This document shows positions 43,027 through 54,540 of a DNA stretch of 64,000 nt, piece after piece; position 1 is the first letter of the stretch, and the number at the start of each line of letters is the position of its first letter. The position numbers and the translations under genes are program-made. This DNA is from an uncultured Acidimicrobiia bacterium (GTDB lineage: Bacteria; Acidobacteriota; Terriglobia; Versatilivoradales; Versatilivoraceae). A model generated the notes under the pieces. That model worked only from the letters and a program-made list of their open reading frames with translations. It was not told the DNA's origin and did no database searches. The DNA lies in NCBI GenBank assembly GCA_963752385.1, contig CAVVYL010000038.1, positions 4 to 64,003 on the forward strand, written 5' to 3'.

Positions 43027-44797
43027 TTGCGACTCCTTAGAAGACCTTACCAAAAGGCCAAACTGAACGGCGCTGTCGCCGGGTTTTTCGCCCTCGTCGC
43101 ATTGTCTTGCCTCCTGTTCCACGCTTTCGCATCGCCTCTTATCCCGTTCACCTCGCCATCTTCACCGGCTGTTCAGTTCTCAGACGTCACCCAGCTGGCG
43201 GGTATTCGCTTCAAACACTTCAAGGGCAGCAAGGGGACTTCCACGATTCTGGAGGAAGCTGGACCCGGCGTCTGCGTGGCCGACTACAACGCCGATGGCT
43301 ACCAGGATATTTACTTCGTCAATGGCCGTGACCTTTACCAGCGAGGTGTCTCGGTACGCAACGCCTTATATCGCAACCAAGGAGACGGCACGTTCGTTGA
43401 CATGACGGAAAGCGCCGGCGTACCAGGCACAGCTTATGGCTTGGGTTGCGTCTGGGGCGACTATGACAACGATGGCTACCCCGACCTCTACGTGTCTCAG
43501 TATGGCAAGAACGTGCTCTATCGCAACAATGGGCGTGGCGCGTTCACCGAGGTCACGACTCAAGCCCGCGTGGGAGGAATGGACTTCGGCACCACGTTCC
43601 ACACGGGAGCCACTTTCTTCGACTACGACCGCGACGGCCGTCTGGATCTCTACGATGGAGGTTATGCGAAATTCCTTCCCACAAGCCGCCGCACCTGCAC
43701 CATCGGGAACGGAATCCCAACCAGTTGTCGTCCGACCATTTATGGGGGAACACCGGCGGTGCTTTATCACAATGAGGGCGGCGGCACTTTCGCCAACGTG
43801 ACGAAGGCTGCCAGGATCTACCAGCCCAAGGGACTCAATCTTTCGGTCGGAGCAGGCGACTACGACAACGACGGCTGGCCCGACCTGTTCGTGGCGAACG
43901 ACGGTCTGGAAGCCTACCTCTATCACAACAAAGGAAACGGAACTTTTGCGAACGTGGCGTTGGAAGCCGGCATGGCCTTGACTCCAGATGGATTGGAGAT
44001 GGCAGCCATGTGCATCTCGCTGGCTGACTACGATAACGATGGCGGACTAGACCTTTACATCTCTGACTTCCAGGGAGTGCCCGATCGCGTTTGGCACAAC
44101 CAGGGGAAAGGGCTCTTCGAAGACGTTAGCGACTGGGTGGGGATCGCCGAACCGACCCGCCAGGTGCTGAGTTTTGGCGGAGGGTTCTTCGATTTCGATA
44201 ATGATGGCTGGCAGGACCTCTTCATCGCCAATGGTCACGTCTACCCGGAAGTTGAGCGCGTTTCTCCCGACGTCCGCTACAAGCAGATCAACTCGCTTTT
44301 TCGCAACGATGGCAAAGGCAAGTTTATTGAAGTCACGAAGACTTCCGGCCCTGGGTTCGCAACGCCATATGCCGGGCGCGGTGCTGCCTTTGCCGACTTC
44401 GACAACGATGGGGATCTCGACATCGTTGTGGGCAACAACGGCGATCCTCCCCTGCTGCTCCGAAACGAAGGTGGGACTGGCAATCATTTCCTCAATCTCA
44501 GGCTCGTGGGCACCGCGAGCAATCGAGACGCGATGGGCGCCCGCATCCAGTTGCGGGCGGGCGGGATCTCCCAAATCCGCGAGATAGCCGGTGGCGGCAG
44601 TTATCTCTCGCAAAGCGACCTGCGAGCACACTTTGGGCTGGCGCAGAGCACGCAGTGCCGAAAGTCTCGAAGTGTGGTGGCCCAGCGGCCGCCGCCAGAT
44701 ATTCCGCGACGTGGCCGCTGACCGGTTTTATCTGATTGTGGAAGGAAAAGATCAACTTGCAGCCCAGGAGTTTGGCCGTCCAACTGTCACGCCTTGA
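43027..44797 (+). CDS. CRTAC1-family protein (FG-GAP/VCBS repeats plus ASPIC/UnbV; frameshift near 44657)
   Basis: Repeated DYDNDG motifs; SNRDAMGARI..GGSYLSQSDLRAHFGL. Confidence 0.9.
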
Positions 44798-45079
44798 CTC
44801 ATTCGCCAAGGGTTCATGAAGCATGATGTTCCAACATTTCTGGAAGGCACGACGTAAGGTGGTCCAAGACTAAGTGACGCTGAACACAGTGTAGGGTGCA
44901 TGCTAGGAGTCAGGAGGACCATCGCGCGCGAGCGACTCGTGAGTTTAGTGGATCCTCGTGCCGGCACCAACAGGATCGCTCCTGATGAGGCGCTCAGTCT
45001 GGAACGAGTGCCGAGTCTGCTGGCGTCTTGACAAGATCGGTTCTGTATCGTTACTTGATTCAGTTAATTCGGACAGTCC

Positions 45080-46784
45080 ATGAATATTGTCCATCGGGTC
45101 CTTCGCCCCTCTGTTTCCTTCTGCTGCATTCTCCTGATCTCTGCGCTGCTGGGCCTTGTAGTCTCAGTGGCCAGCTCAGTTCAGCCTTTGTTTGACGAGC
45201 TCACAACTTCAAAGAGCGGGATTACTTGGGTCCATGACAACGCCCGTTCTGAAAAAAGGTATCTTCCGGAAACTCTAGGTCCAGGCTGTGCTTTCTTCGA
45301 CTATGACAACGACGGCTGGATGGATATCTACTTGGTGAGTTACGGGCCTTGTGATTTCTTCAAGCCATCAACCCCGCTGCAGAGTGCTCTGTACAGGAAT
45401 AATCGCGATGGAAGTTTTACGGACGTTACCGCAAAGGCCGGCGTCAGTGGCAATGTCTTTGGAATGGGCGTGGCCGCCGGCGACTACGACAACAATGGTT
45501 ACAGCCGACCTGTTGGTCACTGCTTACGATCATTCGCCTCTCCTATATCGTAACAACGGCGACGGCACGTTCACCGATGTGAGTTCGAAATCCGGCCTCC
45601 AAACTCACAGTTGGACGACCAGCGCCGTCTGGTTCGACTACGATAACGACGGTCGGCTGGATCTCTTTCTTTGCAGTTTCGTCGACTACGGATTGGACCG
45701 GCACATTTTTTGCGGCGATAACAAGCTCGGCCGCGCCTACTACTGTATTCCGCGCGTCTTTAAACCAACACCCAGCTACTTGTTTCATAACAACGGCGAT
45801 GGCACGTTCACGGATGTGAGCAAACCGTCTGGCATTTCCAAATCGCTTGGCAAGGCTTTGGGAGTTGTCGCAACCGACATTAACAACGACAAACTGATGG
45901 ATCTCTTCGTCGCCAATGACACCGTGCAGAATTTTCTGTTTGTCAATCGGGGCAATGGCAAATTTGAAGAAATAGGATTGATGGCTGAAGTGGCATACAG
46001 TGAAGATGGGCGGCCGCGCTCCGGCATGGGCGTGGACTCGGCAGATTTCAACGGTGACAGCTGGCCAGACTTGTTTGTTGCAAACGTCGACCAGGAAAAG
46101 TTTTCAATCTATCAGAACAACAAAGACGAGACGTTTCGCGACCAGGCTATGACCACTGGTGTCGGCCAAGCCACGTTGCTCTTGAGCGGCTGGGGACTGA
46201 AATTCTTCGACTTCGACAATGACAGCGTCATGGATCTTTTCCTGGCCAACGGCCATCCCGACGACATGGTTGAGATCAACATGACCAAGGTGACTTACAA
46301 GGAGCCGCTGCTTCTCTTTCGCCAGGAGAATCGGAAGTTTCTCAACATCTCGGCTGACGCGGGACCGGCCTTTACGCGTCAATACGCTGCTCGCGGAATG
46401 GCACTTGGTGATTATGACAATGACGGCCGTTACGATGTGCTCGTTGCTAACAATGGAGAACCGCCACTCTTGCTCCATAACAACGCAGGCAAAGACAATC
46501 ATTGGCTCGGCATTCGGCTTGTCGGCACCCAGTCCAACCGCGACGCCATAGGAGTTCGGTTGACCTGGTCCGCCGGTGGCGTAAAGGAATCGAAATTGCG
46601 AACTTCAGGTGGCAGCTATCTTTCTTCACACGATCCACGCGAGATCCTGGGATTGGGTAAAGTGACGAAACTCGACTCGCTGGAAGTGACCTGGCCCGGC
46701 CCGAACGGGAAAACGGAGAAATTTCCTGAGGTTCCTGTTGATCGCTATATCGAGATTACGGAAGGTAAAGGCATCAGCCAGTGA
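45080..46784 (+). CDS. CRTAC1-family protein, second paralog (frameshift near 45503)
   Basis: DYDNDG repeats; [24 protein letters not shown]. Confidence 0.9.
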
Positions 46785-47059
46785 TTCGGCTGCGTCGAGA
46801 TTCGCGGAACCAAGGCCCAAAAGCCCCGTGATTCACGGTGGCGGTAGCCTTCGCTACATGAAGACGAGGGTCTTCCGGAATCAGGCACTCAAAAGTAAAC
46901 GCACCCGCGAGATCAGCCACTGCCCCATTTTGTGGAAGCCTTTGAGTTTCCGAAGCAGGGTTATTTTTGGGATACTATCGCCTTAATCGCTCAAGCCGAA
47001 GTATTGGCCCCGCTGATCTGTACGGTCAGCCGCTCCGACGTTACTTCCGAGGTGGCTAT

Positions 47060-49408
47060 ATGTGGAAATCTGCGATTGCCAGGACGGCGCTCTGTGCACC
47101 TTTCCTTGTGGGTCTTTGCTCTGCTCAGACGCCTGCCAAAGTCAACTTTGAACGGGACGTGTTGCCGCTGTTCCGTCAGAACTGCGTAAGCTGTCATGGA
47201 TCATCCCAGCAAACGAACGGCTTGCGGCTGGACCGTAAGAGCTCTGTAATGAAATTCCGCCGTGTCGTGCCCGGAAGCAGCGAAAACAGCTTTATTTATC
47301 ACCGCGTGGCTGGCACTGAGTACGGCATGCAGATGCCTCCAACTGGCGCGCTCTCAGCCGAACAAATCCAAATCATCAAGATGTGGATCGACGAAGGAGC
47401 TGAGTGGCCGGACTCGCTCGCCAACGAGGTTGATCTGCCACCCCTCAACCCGAAGGCAGTCGCGTTAGTCGATACTTTGCGAAAGGGGGATGTGCGTTCA
47501 TTCCTGAAGACAGTGACTACCGACCCGAAGCTCATCAACGCTCGGGGCCCCGGAGGAGCGACACCGTTCATGTACGCGGTGCTTTATGCGGATACGGCAA
47601 CGCTCGAAAAGCTCCTCAAGCTGGGTGCCGATCCGAACAAGCGCAATGACGTAAACGCAACAGCATTGATGTGGGCTGGGGGAGACCTCGGGAAAACGCG
47701 CCTCTTGCTCGACCATGGCGCCGAAGTGAACGCCCGTTCCGATGAACTCAGAACACCCTTGATGATCGCCGCGCGGAGGCCGGGAGCGGAGGCAACCGTG
47801 CGGCTGCTTCTCGCCCGTGGTGCAAATCCGAACCCGAACGCGAAACCGCTCACGGAATCCTCACCTCTGATAGAAGCCGCTACTGCCGGCGAGGCCAGCA
47901 TCATGGAGTTACTCCTCGAGCATGGTGCTGACGCTAAGGCGGGTGCGCAGCCTGCCGTGACCATGGCCGTTACCACCGGCTGTTCGAAATGCCTGGACTT
48001 GCTTGCAGCCCGCAAACTTGACCCGGAAGCGTATACGGGCGCATTGGCCGATGTTGCGGTCCTCGCGGACGTGAATGCAGTCCGTTTGATGCTCGACCAG
48101 GGTGCGAACGTCAATAAGTTCGACCCACTCGGACGCACCCCGCTTATGTACGCCGCCGCGTCCGATGCCTTGCCACTAGACGTCGTCAAACTCCTCATTG
48201 AACGGGGCGCCGACGTAAACGCAAAGAGCCGCCACAAGCTGTCGGGGGATGCCGGACTCAGTGTTCTCGATATTGCGAAACTGCATGGGGAAACACCGAT
48301 TGTCGAATGGCTCGTCAAATCGGGTGCTAAAGGCACACAGCCGGTTGAGCCACCACTGAGACCGGTGCGCGAAAACACATTGCGTGATGCGGTAGAGCGG
48401 AGCCTCCCACTTTTGCAGCGGGCAGACGCGTCGTTCAGTGCGAAGGGGGGCTGTATCTCATGCCACAACAATAGCCTGCAGGCAATGGCGGTGGGCGCTG
48501 CCAGGAAAGCCGGCTTTCGCTTGGACGAGGTGATCGCAGCACAGCAGGTGAAAGCGAATATCGCGGTCCTGGAAAAAACCCGCGAACGCATCTATCAGGG
48601 GTTTTTCGTTCCAGTGGGCGACATGTTCGGCTCGTTCATCTTTGGGTACGCTCTCACCGGTCTTGCCGCAGAGCACTACGAAGGGGATTTGAATACCGAC
48701 GCGGTAGCTTTTTACCTGCGGACGCATCAGGCGCAGGACGGAAGCTGGCCGTACCCCAGAGGCGACAGCCGGCCGCCCTTGTGTTCGGATTACATCGCGC
48801 AGACTACTTTGTCGATGCGAGCCCTTCAGCTCTACGCGCCGAAAACTGGAAAGGCCGACTGGGACCGATCGATTCAGCGCGCGGCGGCTTGGCTGGCCAA
48901 AGCAGAGGCGAAGAATAACGACGACCGGGGATGGCGTCTCCTGGGGCTTGCCTGGGCGGGAGTGGACAAGAACGCGACGCAGCAGGCATTGCGGGAGTTA
49001 CTGGCCACGCAACGGACTGACGGCGGCTGGTCCGATATCCCCTCAACTGAAAGTACCGCCTACGCAACCGGACAGGCGCTGTTCGCATTGCATACCGCCG
49101 GCCTGCCCTCGTCGGATCCGGCTTACGAGCGCGGAGTTCAGTTTCTGCTCAAGACCCAGCAGGAGGACGGCTCGTGGTACGTGAAAACCCGTGCGCTCGG
49201 ATTCCAGCCATTCTTCGATGCGGGTTTCCCGTATGGCTTTGATCAGTGGATCTCAGCGGCGGGCACGAGTTGGGCCAGTATGGCGCTAGCCTCGGCATCT
49301 CCGAAGCCTATACCTGCCGTGAAATCGTCGCAGACTGGCGCTTCAGAGGTTCGTGAGGATCACAAGGGACCGCGTCGTCAAGCTTCGGTCACCCGTCTCG
49401 GCCGTTAA
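47060..49408 (+). CDS. Secreted fusion: planctomycete-type cytochrome c + ankyrin repeats + CxxCH/prenyltransferase-like barrel
   Basis: FERDVLPLFRQNCVSCH..MPP; repeated TPLM/GADVNA ankyrins; CISCH; QAQDGSW, QRTDGGW, QQEDGSW. Confidence 0.85.
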   Translation: MWKSAIARTALCAPFLVGLCSAQTPAKVNFERDVLPLFRQNCVSCHGSSQQTNGLRLDRKSSVMKFRRVVPGSSENSFIYHRVAGTEYGMQMPPTGALSAEQIQIIKMWIDEGAEWPDSLANEVDLPPLNPKAVALVDTLRKGDVRSFLKTVTTDPKLINARGPGGATPFMYAVLYADTATLEKLLKLGADPNKRNDVNATALMWAGGDLGKTRLLLDHGAEVNARSDELRTPLMIAARRPGAEATVRLLLARGANPNPNAKPLTESSPLIEAATAGEASIMELLLEHGADAKAGAQPAVTMAVTTGCSKCLDLLAARKLDPEAYTGALADVAVLADVNAVRLMLDQGANVNKFDPLGRTPLMYAAASDALPLDVVKLLIERGADVNAKSRHKLSGDAGLSVLDIAKLHGETPIVEWLVKSGAKGTQPVEPPLRPVRENTLRDAVERSLPLLQRADASFSAKGGCISCHNNSLQAMAVGAARKAGFRLDEVIAAQQVKANIAVLEKTRERIYQGFFVPVGDMFGSFIFGYALTGLAAEHYEGDLNTDAVAFYLRTHQAQDGSWPYPRGDSRPPLCSDYIAQTTLSMRALQLYAPKTGKADWDRSIQRAAAWLAKAEAKNNDDRGWRLLGLAWAGVDKNATQQALRELLATQRTDGGWSDIPSTESTAYATGQALFALHTAGLPSSDPAYERGVQFLLKTQQEDGSWYVKTRALGFQPFFDAGFPYGFDQWISAAGTSWASMALASASPKPIPAVKSSQTGASEVREDHKGPRRQASVTRLGR

Positions 49409-49446
49409 CTGCAGTTTAAAGTTTGGGTAGTACTGCTCGCCCTCCA

Positions 49447-49615
49447 GCCCCGGAGGGGCGCGATATGGTAGCCCAGGGCAAGCGAGCGCTGCGAGCGTCG
49501 CCCTGGGTAAGAGAATCTTCGACATAACTCCCTCTCCCCTGCGACTCTTCGGTCAGGCTCTGGAACCCGCTTCCAACGCGGGGGAGAGGGCTGGGGAGTG
49601 GGGGCTGCCGGGGCT
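49447..49615. repeat. REP-like palindromes of the same two types as 5101-5232
   Basis: gccccggaggggc..cccagggc..gccctggg and ccctctcccc..ggggagaggg. Confidence 0.6.
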
Positions 49616-49902
49616 TTGCGTCTTACACCTTTTCCCTGGTCTCATGCGGCTTGCTGTGGCGCGCTCTAAGGAAGCTCAGCGCCGAATGGACAAAGCTCTC
49701 GACATCTTCGTTGCGGCGGAAGGGCCGGCGTAGCAAGCACGTCCGGCTCGTGGTCGCCTTGAGACTCCGGAGTTCCCATACCACAGCATTTGCTCGAAGA
49801 GACGGCAGGCCAAGCAGCCTGGAAGGTAGAATAGAGAAGACTCTCATTGGAATTTCTGGCGAGTTCCTGTAGGCTGAATGTACAAGCATCGAGGTAACGC
49901 CA

Positions 49903-50289
49903 ATGCCTCACCTCTCCTTTACAGCACTCATTCGTCGAATTCGCTACCGCCACGGATTCCCTTTCATCATGTCCGTTGTTCTCGCTGTCGTGACGACTGC
50001 TTGGGCCCAGCCCGCGCGGGCAAGGTCCATCTGGAGTTTTGCGCTCCTGGCGCTCATCGCCACCGCATTCGCGTTGCTATGCGGTGGCCGGTTTCGCACT
50101 TTCTACGTTGCCATCGCGGTGACGCTTCCATTCCTTTTTCTTCTTCAGTGGTTCCTTCAAGTCCGTTCTTGGATACCCGATTTCCCCACCAAACCGGTCG
50201 CAGAATATTTCCTCTACTTCGTCGTGGCTCCGATTCTTCTGGTCTGGGTCGTTGCGACGCTGCTCAATCGCAATGAACGACACGCCTAA
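49903..50289 (+). CDS. Hypothetical four-TM membrane protein
   Basis: RBS GAGG; four hydrophobic segments. Confidence 0.6.
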   Translation: MPHLSFTALIRRIRYRHGFPFIMSVVLAVVTTAWAQPARARSIWSFALLALIATAFALLCGGRFRTFYVAIAVTLPFLFLLQWFLQVRSWIPDFPTKPVAEYFLYFVVAPILLVWVVATLLNRNERHA

Positions 50290-50419
50290 CTCGCCTCGGT
50301 TCTAGATTTCGGAAGCCAACAACCCAAAAGCATTTCAGCGGGACGCCGCTATCCCCGCGTCTCCTCCGTCTTCGTCGATCACCTAGACGATCTCGCCTGC
50401 CGCGTGATAGTGTCCGCCC

Positions 50420-51313
50420 ATGCGACGCAGAAAACTGTTGTGGGCCGCGGCGATGGCGATCGCGATCGCCGGCGGGATGCGACTCGTCGGCGACGACCGT
50501 TACCCGGCCGAAATCGCTGAGTGGCGCAAGAATTATGATCGCGATCTACGATCGGAGAAGGGCCCGCTGTGGCTGATCGCGCGCCACACCGTGGCGGAGG
50601 GCAGGACTGAGATCGGCAGCGACGCGTCCAACCACATTAAGTTGCCAGCCCGCGCGCCGAAGCGAGTCGGCGCACTCGAGCGCCGTGGCGATAAAGTCAC
50701 GTTTGAGCCGGCCGCTGGAATCGCAGTGAAGTTGAACGGCAAACCGATGACCGGTCCGGCAGCGCTGCGGACGGGCGTGGCGCCGGATCCACGCGACCGG
50801 CTTCAGTTCGGCGATTTCGAGATCGCTGCGTCGATTAGTGACGGGAACTGCCAGTTGGTCGTTCGCGACCGGCAGAGCTCGCTGCTGAAAACGTTCTCTG
50901 GGGCGCTGTGGTTTCCTGTCAATGCCGGCTATCGCGTTGAGGCCGCGTTCACGCCCTATCCGCAGCCGAAGGAGCTGAAGATCCCCGACACAGGCGGACG
51001 CACCAGGACCAGGCAGGTGCCGGGATATGTGACTTTCCGGCTCAACGGTGAGACCCTGCGCCTGGAGCCGGTCGCGATTGGGAACGAGCTTTTCTTCATG
51101 TTCAAGGACCGCACGACGGGCCGGGAAACCTATGGCGCCGGGCGATATCTCGATACGGAACTGCCAAAGAATGGCAAGGTCGTCCTGGACTTCAACAAAG
51201 CCTACAACCCGTATTGCGCGTTCAATCCTTATTCCTCATGTCCTATCCCACCAAAGCAGAACACGCTGCTCACTCGAGTAGAAGCGGGCGAGAAGGTTCG
51301 CGGCCATCACTAG
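50420..51313 (+). CDS. DUF1684 domain protein
   Basis: FKDRTTGRETYGAGRYL..LDFNKAYNPYCAFNPYSSCPIPP. Confidence 0.9.
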   Translation: MRRRKLLWAAAMAIAIAGGMRLVGDDRYPAEIAEWRKNYDRDLRSEKGPLWLIARHTVAEGRTEIGSDASNHIKLPARAPKRVGALERRGDKVTFEPAAGIAVKLNGKPMTGPAALRTGVAPDPRDRLQFGDFEIAASISDGNCQLVVRDRQSSLLKTFSGALWFPVNAGYRVEAAFTPYPQPKELKIPDTGGRTRTRQVPGYVTFRLNGETLRLEPVAIGNELFFMFKDRTTGRETYGAGRYLDTELPKNGKVVLDFNKAYNPYCAFNPYSSCPIPPKQNTLLTRVEAGEKVRGHH

Positions 51314-51458
51314 CCTAGTCTAATCTAGTGCTACATTGTTACGTCTCGGGGGCATTTCGGGTGGCGCACACAGAACCGGGGATGAGGGTTACCCTGGTCT
51401 CACTGACGGGAATCTCAAAGACCACTTGGTCTGACGCAACGACAAAGGCGAGTCGACG

Positions 51459-51940
51459 ATGAAGCGCAGGCCATTGGACGCGAAGGAAGAGTTACTGGAA
51501 GAGTTCGAGCGCGCCCTCCGCGTGAGCGAATATCTGCTAGGTGGCTTGCCCGGGCGGCTGTGGCGCGCTGAGCCGCCCGACGGTCATGGGCGTTCGATCG
51601 CAGCGACGGTCGCGCATATGCAAAGCGTGCGGCGAACGTTCGCGAAGATGGGCGGCGCGCCGGTCGCTTTGGCCTTGGATCGCGAACGTTCCACCGCAAC
51701 CGAGGCCCGGCGGGCTTTCCGGCAGTCCCGGGACACACTGACGGATGTTCCGCAATTCACTGGGTCGTGACCAGTCAAGGGTGAAGGGCATGCCCAGGCG
51801 AACCGTGAATATGATCTTCTACCTGGTTCAACACGAAGCGCATCACCGTGGCCAGATTTGCAGGCTGGCGAAGAGTGCTGGGCCACGAGTTTTCCGGCGA
51901 CGACGTCATGCGGATCTGGGGCTGGAAGAAGCTACCGTGA
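51459..51940 (+). CDS. DinB family protein (two frameshifts)
   Basis: RSIAATVAHM..YLVQHEAHHRGQI..RIWGWKKL. Confidence 0.75.
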
Positions 51941-51982
51941 CGCCGAGCCCGCATTCCCAAGAGTTCTCGAGAGCTAGAGACT

Positions 51983-52813
51983 GCGGACGAGGACGTCCGC
52001 GCTCCGAGGGAAAGGATCTCCCAGGGGAAGGACTGATGACTGGCAAGCGGGACAATGTGGACAAGGAAGTTCGAGCTCCCAGCCGGCACAAGGAGTGGTA
52101 CTCGCGAGGGTATCTGCCGCATTTCGACCATCCTGATCTGACACAAATGATCACTTTCAGATTAGCTGATGCACTGCCGAGTCACTTGCTCGATCAGTGG
52201 GAGAAGACCTTGGGGAGAGAAAGCGATGCCAGGAAGCGCAAACAGATTGAGGCCTATTTGGATGCCGGGCATGGCAGCTGCGTGCTTCGCGATCCGCGCA
52301 TTGGTCCCATGGTTGAGGATACATTGCTTCACTTCGATACTGAGCGTTACCGGCTGATGGAGTGGGTGATCATGCCCAACCACGTTCATTTGTTGGCCGA
52401 GTTTCTTGCTGGATCTCTTCTTTCGGAGGTTGTGAAATCCTGGAAGTCGTTCTCTGCGCATGAAGCCAATCACATCCTGGGACGCTCGGGCCAGTTTTGG
52501 CAGGAAGAGTATTTCGATCGCTTTGTCAGGGACGACGTTCATTTTGAAAATGCCAGACGTTACATTCGCGAAAATCCTGTACAAGCGAGCCTGGTGAAGC
52601 ACCCCGAAGACTGGCCCTACGGAAGCGCGTCCTGGCTCCGTCGCTACCCTGGGAGCGCTGGGAGCGCGGACGTCCTCGTCCGCCCATCCGGCCGTCGGCT
52701 CGTAGAATTCTTCGAGTCTGAAGCGAGATCGAAAATGGAAGAGCAGACGAATGCGTTAAGCGACCCAGGGGGTCGTGAGATTCTAGAGACGGCGGACGGG
52801 ACGTCCGCGCTCC
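51983..52813. repeat. Three REP sequences GCGGACG(A)GGACGTCCGCGCTCC flanking the RAYT
   Basis: 51983-52005; its exact reverse complement at 52661-52683; a near copy at 52792-52813. Confidence 0.85.
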
Positions 52814-52854
52814 CAGCAGATGGCCACCAGGGAGGAACGATACGATTCCTATGA
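52036..52854 (+). CDS. REP-associated tyrosine transposase (RAYT, Y1 HUH family)
   Basis: RGYLPHFD..ITFRLADALP..MPNHVHLL..FWQEEYFDRFVRD..YIRENP..DWPYGS. Confidence 0.9.
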   Translation: MTGKRDNVDKEVRAPSRHKEWYSRGYLPHFDHPDLTQMITFRLADALPSHLLDQWEKTLGRESDARKRKQIEAYLDAGHGSCVLRDPRIGPMVEDTLLHFDTERYRLMEWVIMPNHVHLLAEFLAGSLLSEVVKSWKSFSAHEANHILGRSGQFWQEEYFDRFVRDDVHFENARRYIRENPVQASLVKHPEDWPYGSASWLRRYPGSAGSADVLVRPSGRRLVEFFESEARSKMEEQTNALSDPGGREILETADGTSALPADGHQGGTIRFL

Positions 52855-53810
52855 TGAATCGAAGAACCTTTCTGGGCGTCGCAGCCGGAATCGCCAGTCT
52901 GGCTGCGGTCCCGCACACCGCACCTCTGCCCATCATCGACACACACATCCATCTCTTCGACCCGCGACGTCCGCAGGGCGTGCCCTGGCCTGACAAGAAG
53001 GATGCAACCCTCTACCAACCCGCACTGCCGGACCGGTATCGGGAGGTCATCAAGGGGCTCGGTGTCGTCGGCGCGATTGAGGTTGAGTGCAGTCCTTGGC
53101 TCGAAGACAACCAGTGGGTACTTGACATCGCCGCCAAGGACACGATCATTGTCGGCACCGTGGGCAACCTGGAACCAGGTACACCGGGCTTCCGCAAGCA
53201 TTTGGAGAGGTTCCATCGTAATCCGTTGTTTCGCGGCATCCGGTGCGGGAACCTGTGGGGCAGGAATCTCGTGGACCAGATCTCCCGCCCTGAATTCCGA
53301 TCGGACCTTGCGGCGCTGGCCGAGGCCGGCCTCGAGATGGATACGGCCAATCCTAACCCCTCGTTGCTTTCGGCGCTGCTGCGACTCACTGACCTGGTCC
53401 CCAGCTTGCGGGTCGTGATCGATCACCTTCCCCAGATGGAGAAGCCCAAGGCACTGTCCGACCGTTCGGCCCTCCAAGCAAATCTCCGGGAGCTTGGAAA
53501 ACGACCCCAGATCTATGCCAAGGTTTCGGAGGTCCTTCGTCGGGTGGATGGTCGCATTCCTGACGATCTGAATTTCTACCGCGCCACCTTGGATGAACTC
53601 TGGGAGGTATTCGGACCGGACCGGCTGATTTACGGGAGCGACTGGCCGAACAGCGACCGGTGGGGGGCGTACCCACAGGCAATGAAAGTGGTCCGGGAGT
53701 ACTTCACCGGCAAGGGTGCCGCCGTTGCCGAGAAATTCTTCTGGAAGAATTCGCTCGCAGCCTACCGTTGGACCAAGCGTCACGAAAGCCAGCCCGGCGA
53801 AGGTGCGTAA
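52851..53810 (+). CDS. Tat-exported amidohydrolase (Amidohydro_2; sugar lactonase-like)
   Basis: NRRTFL; IIDTHIHLF; VVIDH; YAKVS; IYGSDWP. Confidence 0.88.
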   Translation: MMNRRTFLGVAAGIASLAAVPHTAPLPIIDTHIHLFDPRRPQGVPWPDKKDATLYQPALPDRYREVIKGLGVVGAIEVECSPWLEDNQWVLDIAAKDTIIVGTVGNLEPGTPGFRKHLERFHRNPLFRGIRCGNLWGRNLVDQISRPEFRSDLAALAEAGLEMDTANPNPSLLSALLRLTDLVPSLRVVIDHLPQMEKPKALSDRSALQANLRELGKRPQIYAKVSEVLRRVDGRIPDDLNFYRATLDELWEVFGPDRLIYGSDWPNSDRWGAYPQAMKVVREYFTGKGAAVAEKFFWKNSLAAYRWTKRHESQPGEGA

Positions 53811-54002
53811 TCTCAGCATCTAACTTCGCCCACATCTCCGGCCCATTCCCCCTTAACAAAGGGGACGGCGCGGAGGTGAAGTGTTGAGAAGAGTTCCCTC
53901 ACCGGGAAATTTTTCGCAGCTCTCCTCGCGAGTGGGGAATATTCTCATCGAGCGTGGCGCCGGAACGCGGCATGAAAGATTCTCTTCTTGTCCCAACTGT
54001 CG

Positions 54003-54419
54003 TCAGTCTCCGACCACCGTGACTAAAACAGTTCGTTGGCGAGCGTGCACGTCGCATTCCAGGTGGAAGATCTGCTGCCAGGTACCGAGCGCCAGCTTAC
54101 CATCGCAGATAGGCACGCTCAGCGATGGGCCGAGCAGAGTTGCCTGCAGGTGCGAGTGGCCGTTGCCATCATGCCAGGCTTTTTCATGACCGTACTGACG
54201 GCTGGGCGGGATGAGCTTGTCCAGAAGGGTGGGCAGATCACGCTCTAATCCTGGCTCGAATTCAATGGTGCCGACCGCAGCCGTGCTGCCGACGTTGAAG
54301 ATGTTGACCGTGCCTGTTTGGATCCCCGAAGAAGTCACGATCATAGCGACCTGTTCGGACAGATCGTGCATGTCTCCGGGTCCTTTGGTCGTGATGGGAA
54401 TTTGTTGCTGATAGGTCAT
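54003..54419 (-). CDS. yjbQ: YjbQ/UPF0047 family protein
   Basis: GNGHSHLQATLLGPS..LGTWQQI. Confidence 0.9.
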   Translation of the reverse strand: MTYQQQIPITTKGPGDMHDLSEQVAMIVTSSGIQTGTVNIFNVGSTAAVGTIEFEPGLERDLPTLLDKLIPPSRQYGHEKAWHDGNGHSHLQATLLGPSLSVPICDGKLALGTWQQIFHLECDVHARQRTVLVTVVGD

Positions 54420-54540
54420 GGTTTCGTGCGCCGCCTCTGAAGTTGAAAATGCCGGCTCTCAATGCGGGTTTCCGTTACCCCCTGTGTGCAGCGAAAAAGA
54501 CACGGGACACGAGTAGTTCGGATATCGGGAGGGCCTGCCC

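Noticed and set aside
44975-45015. Hammerhead ribozyme (CTGATGAG)
   Set aside because: No GAAA core after stem II and no convincing flanking helices.
50284-50360. attC after the membrane gene (GCCTAAC overlapping the stop)
   Set aside because: No complementary GTTAGGC and no L-box hairpin downstream.
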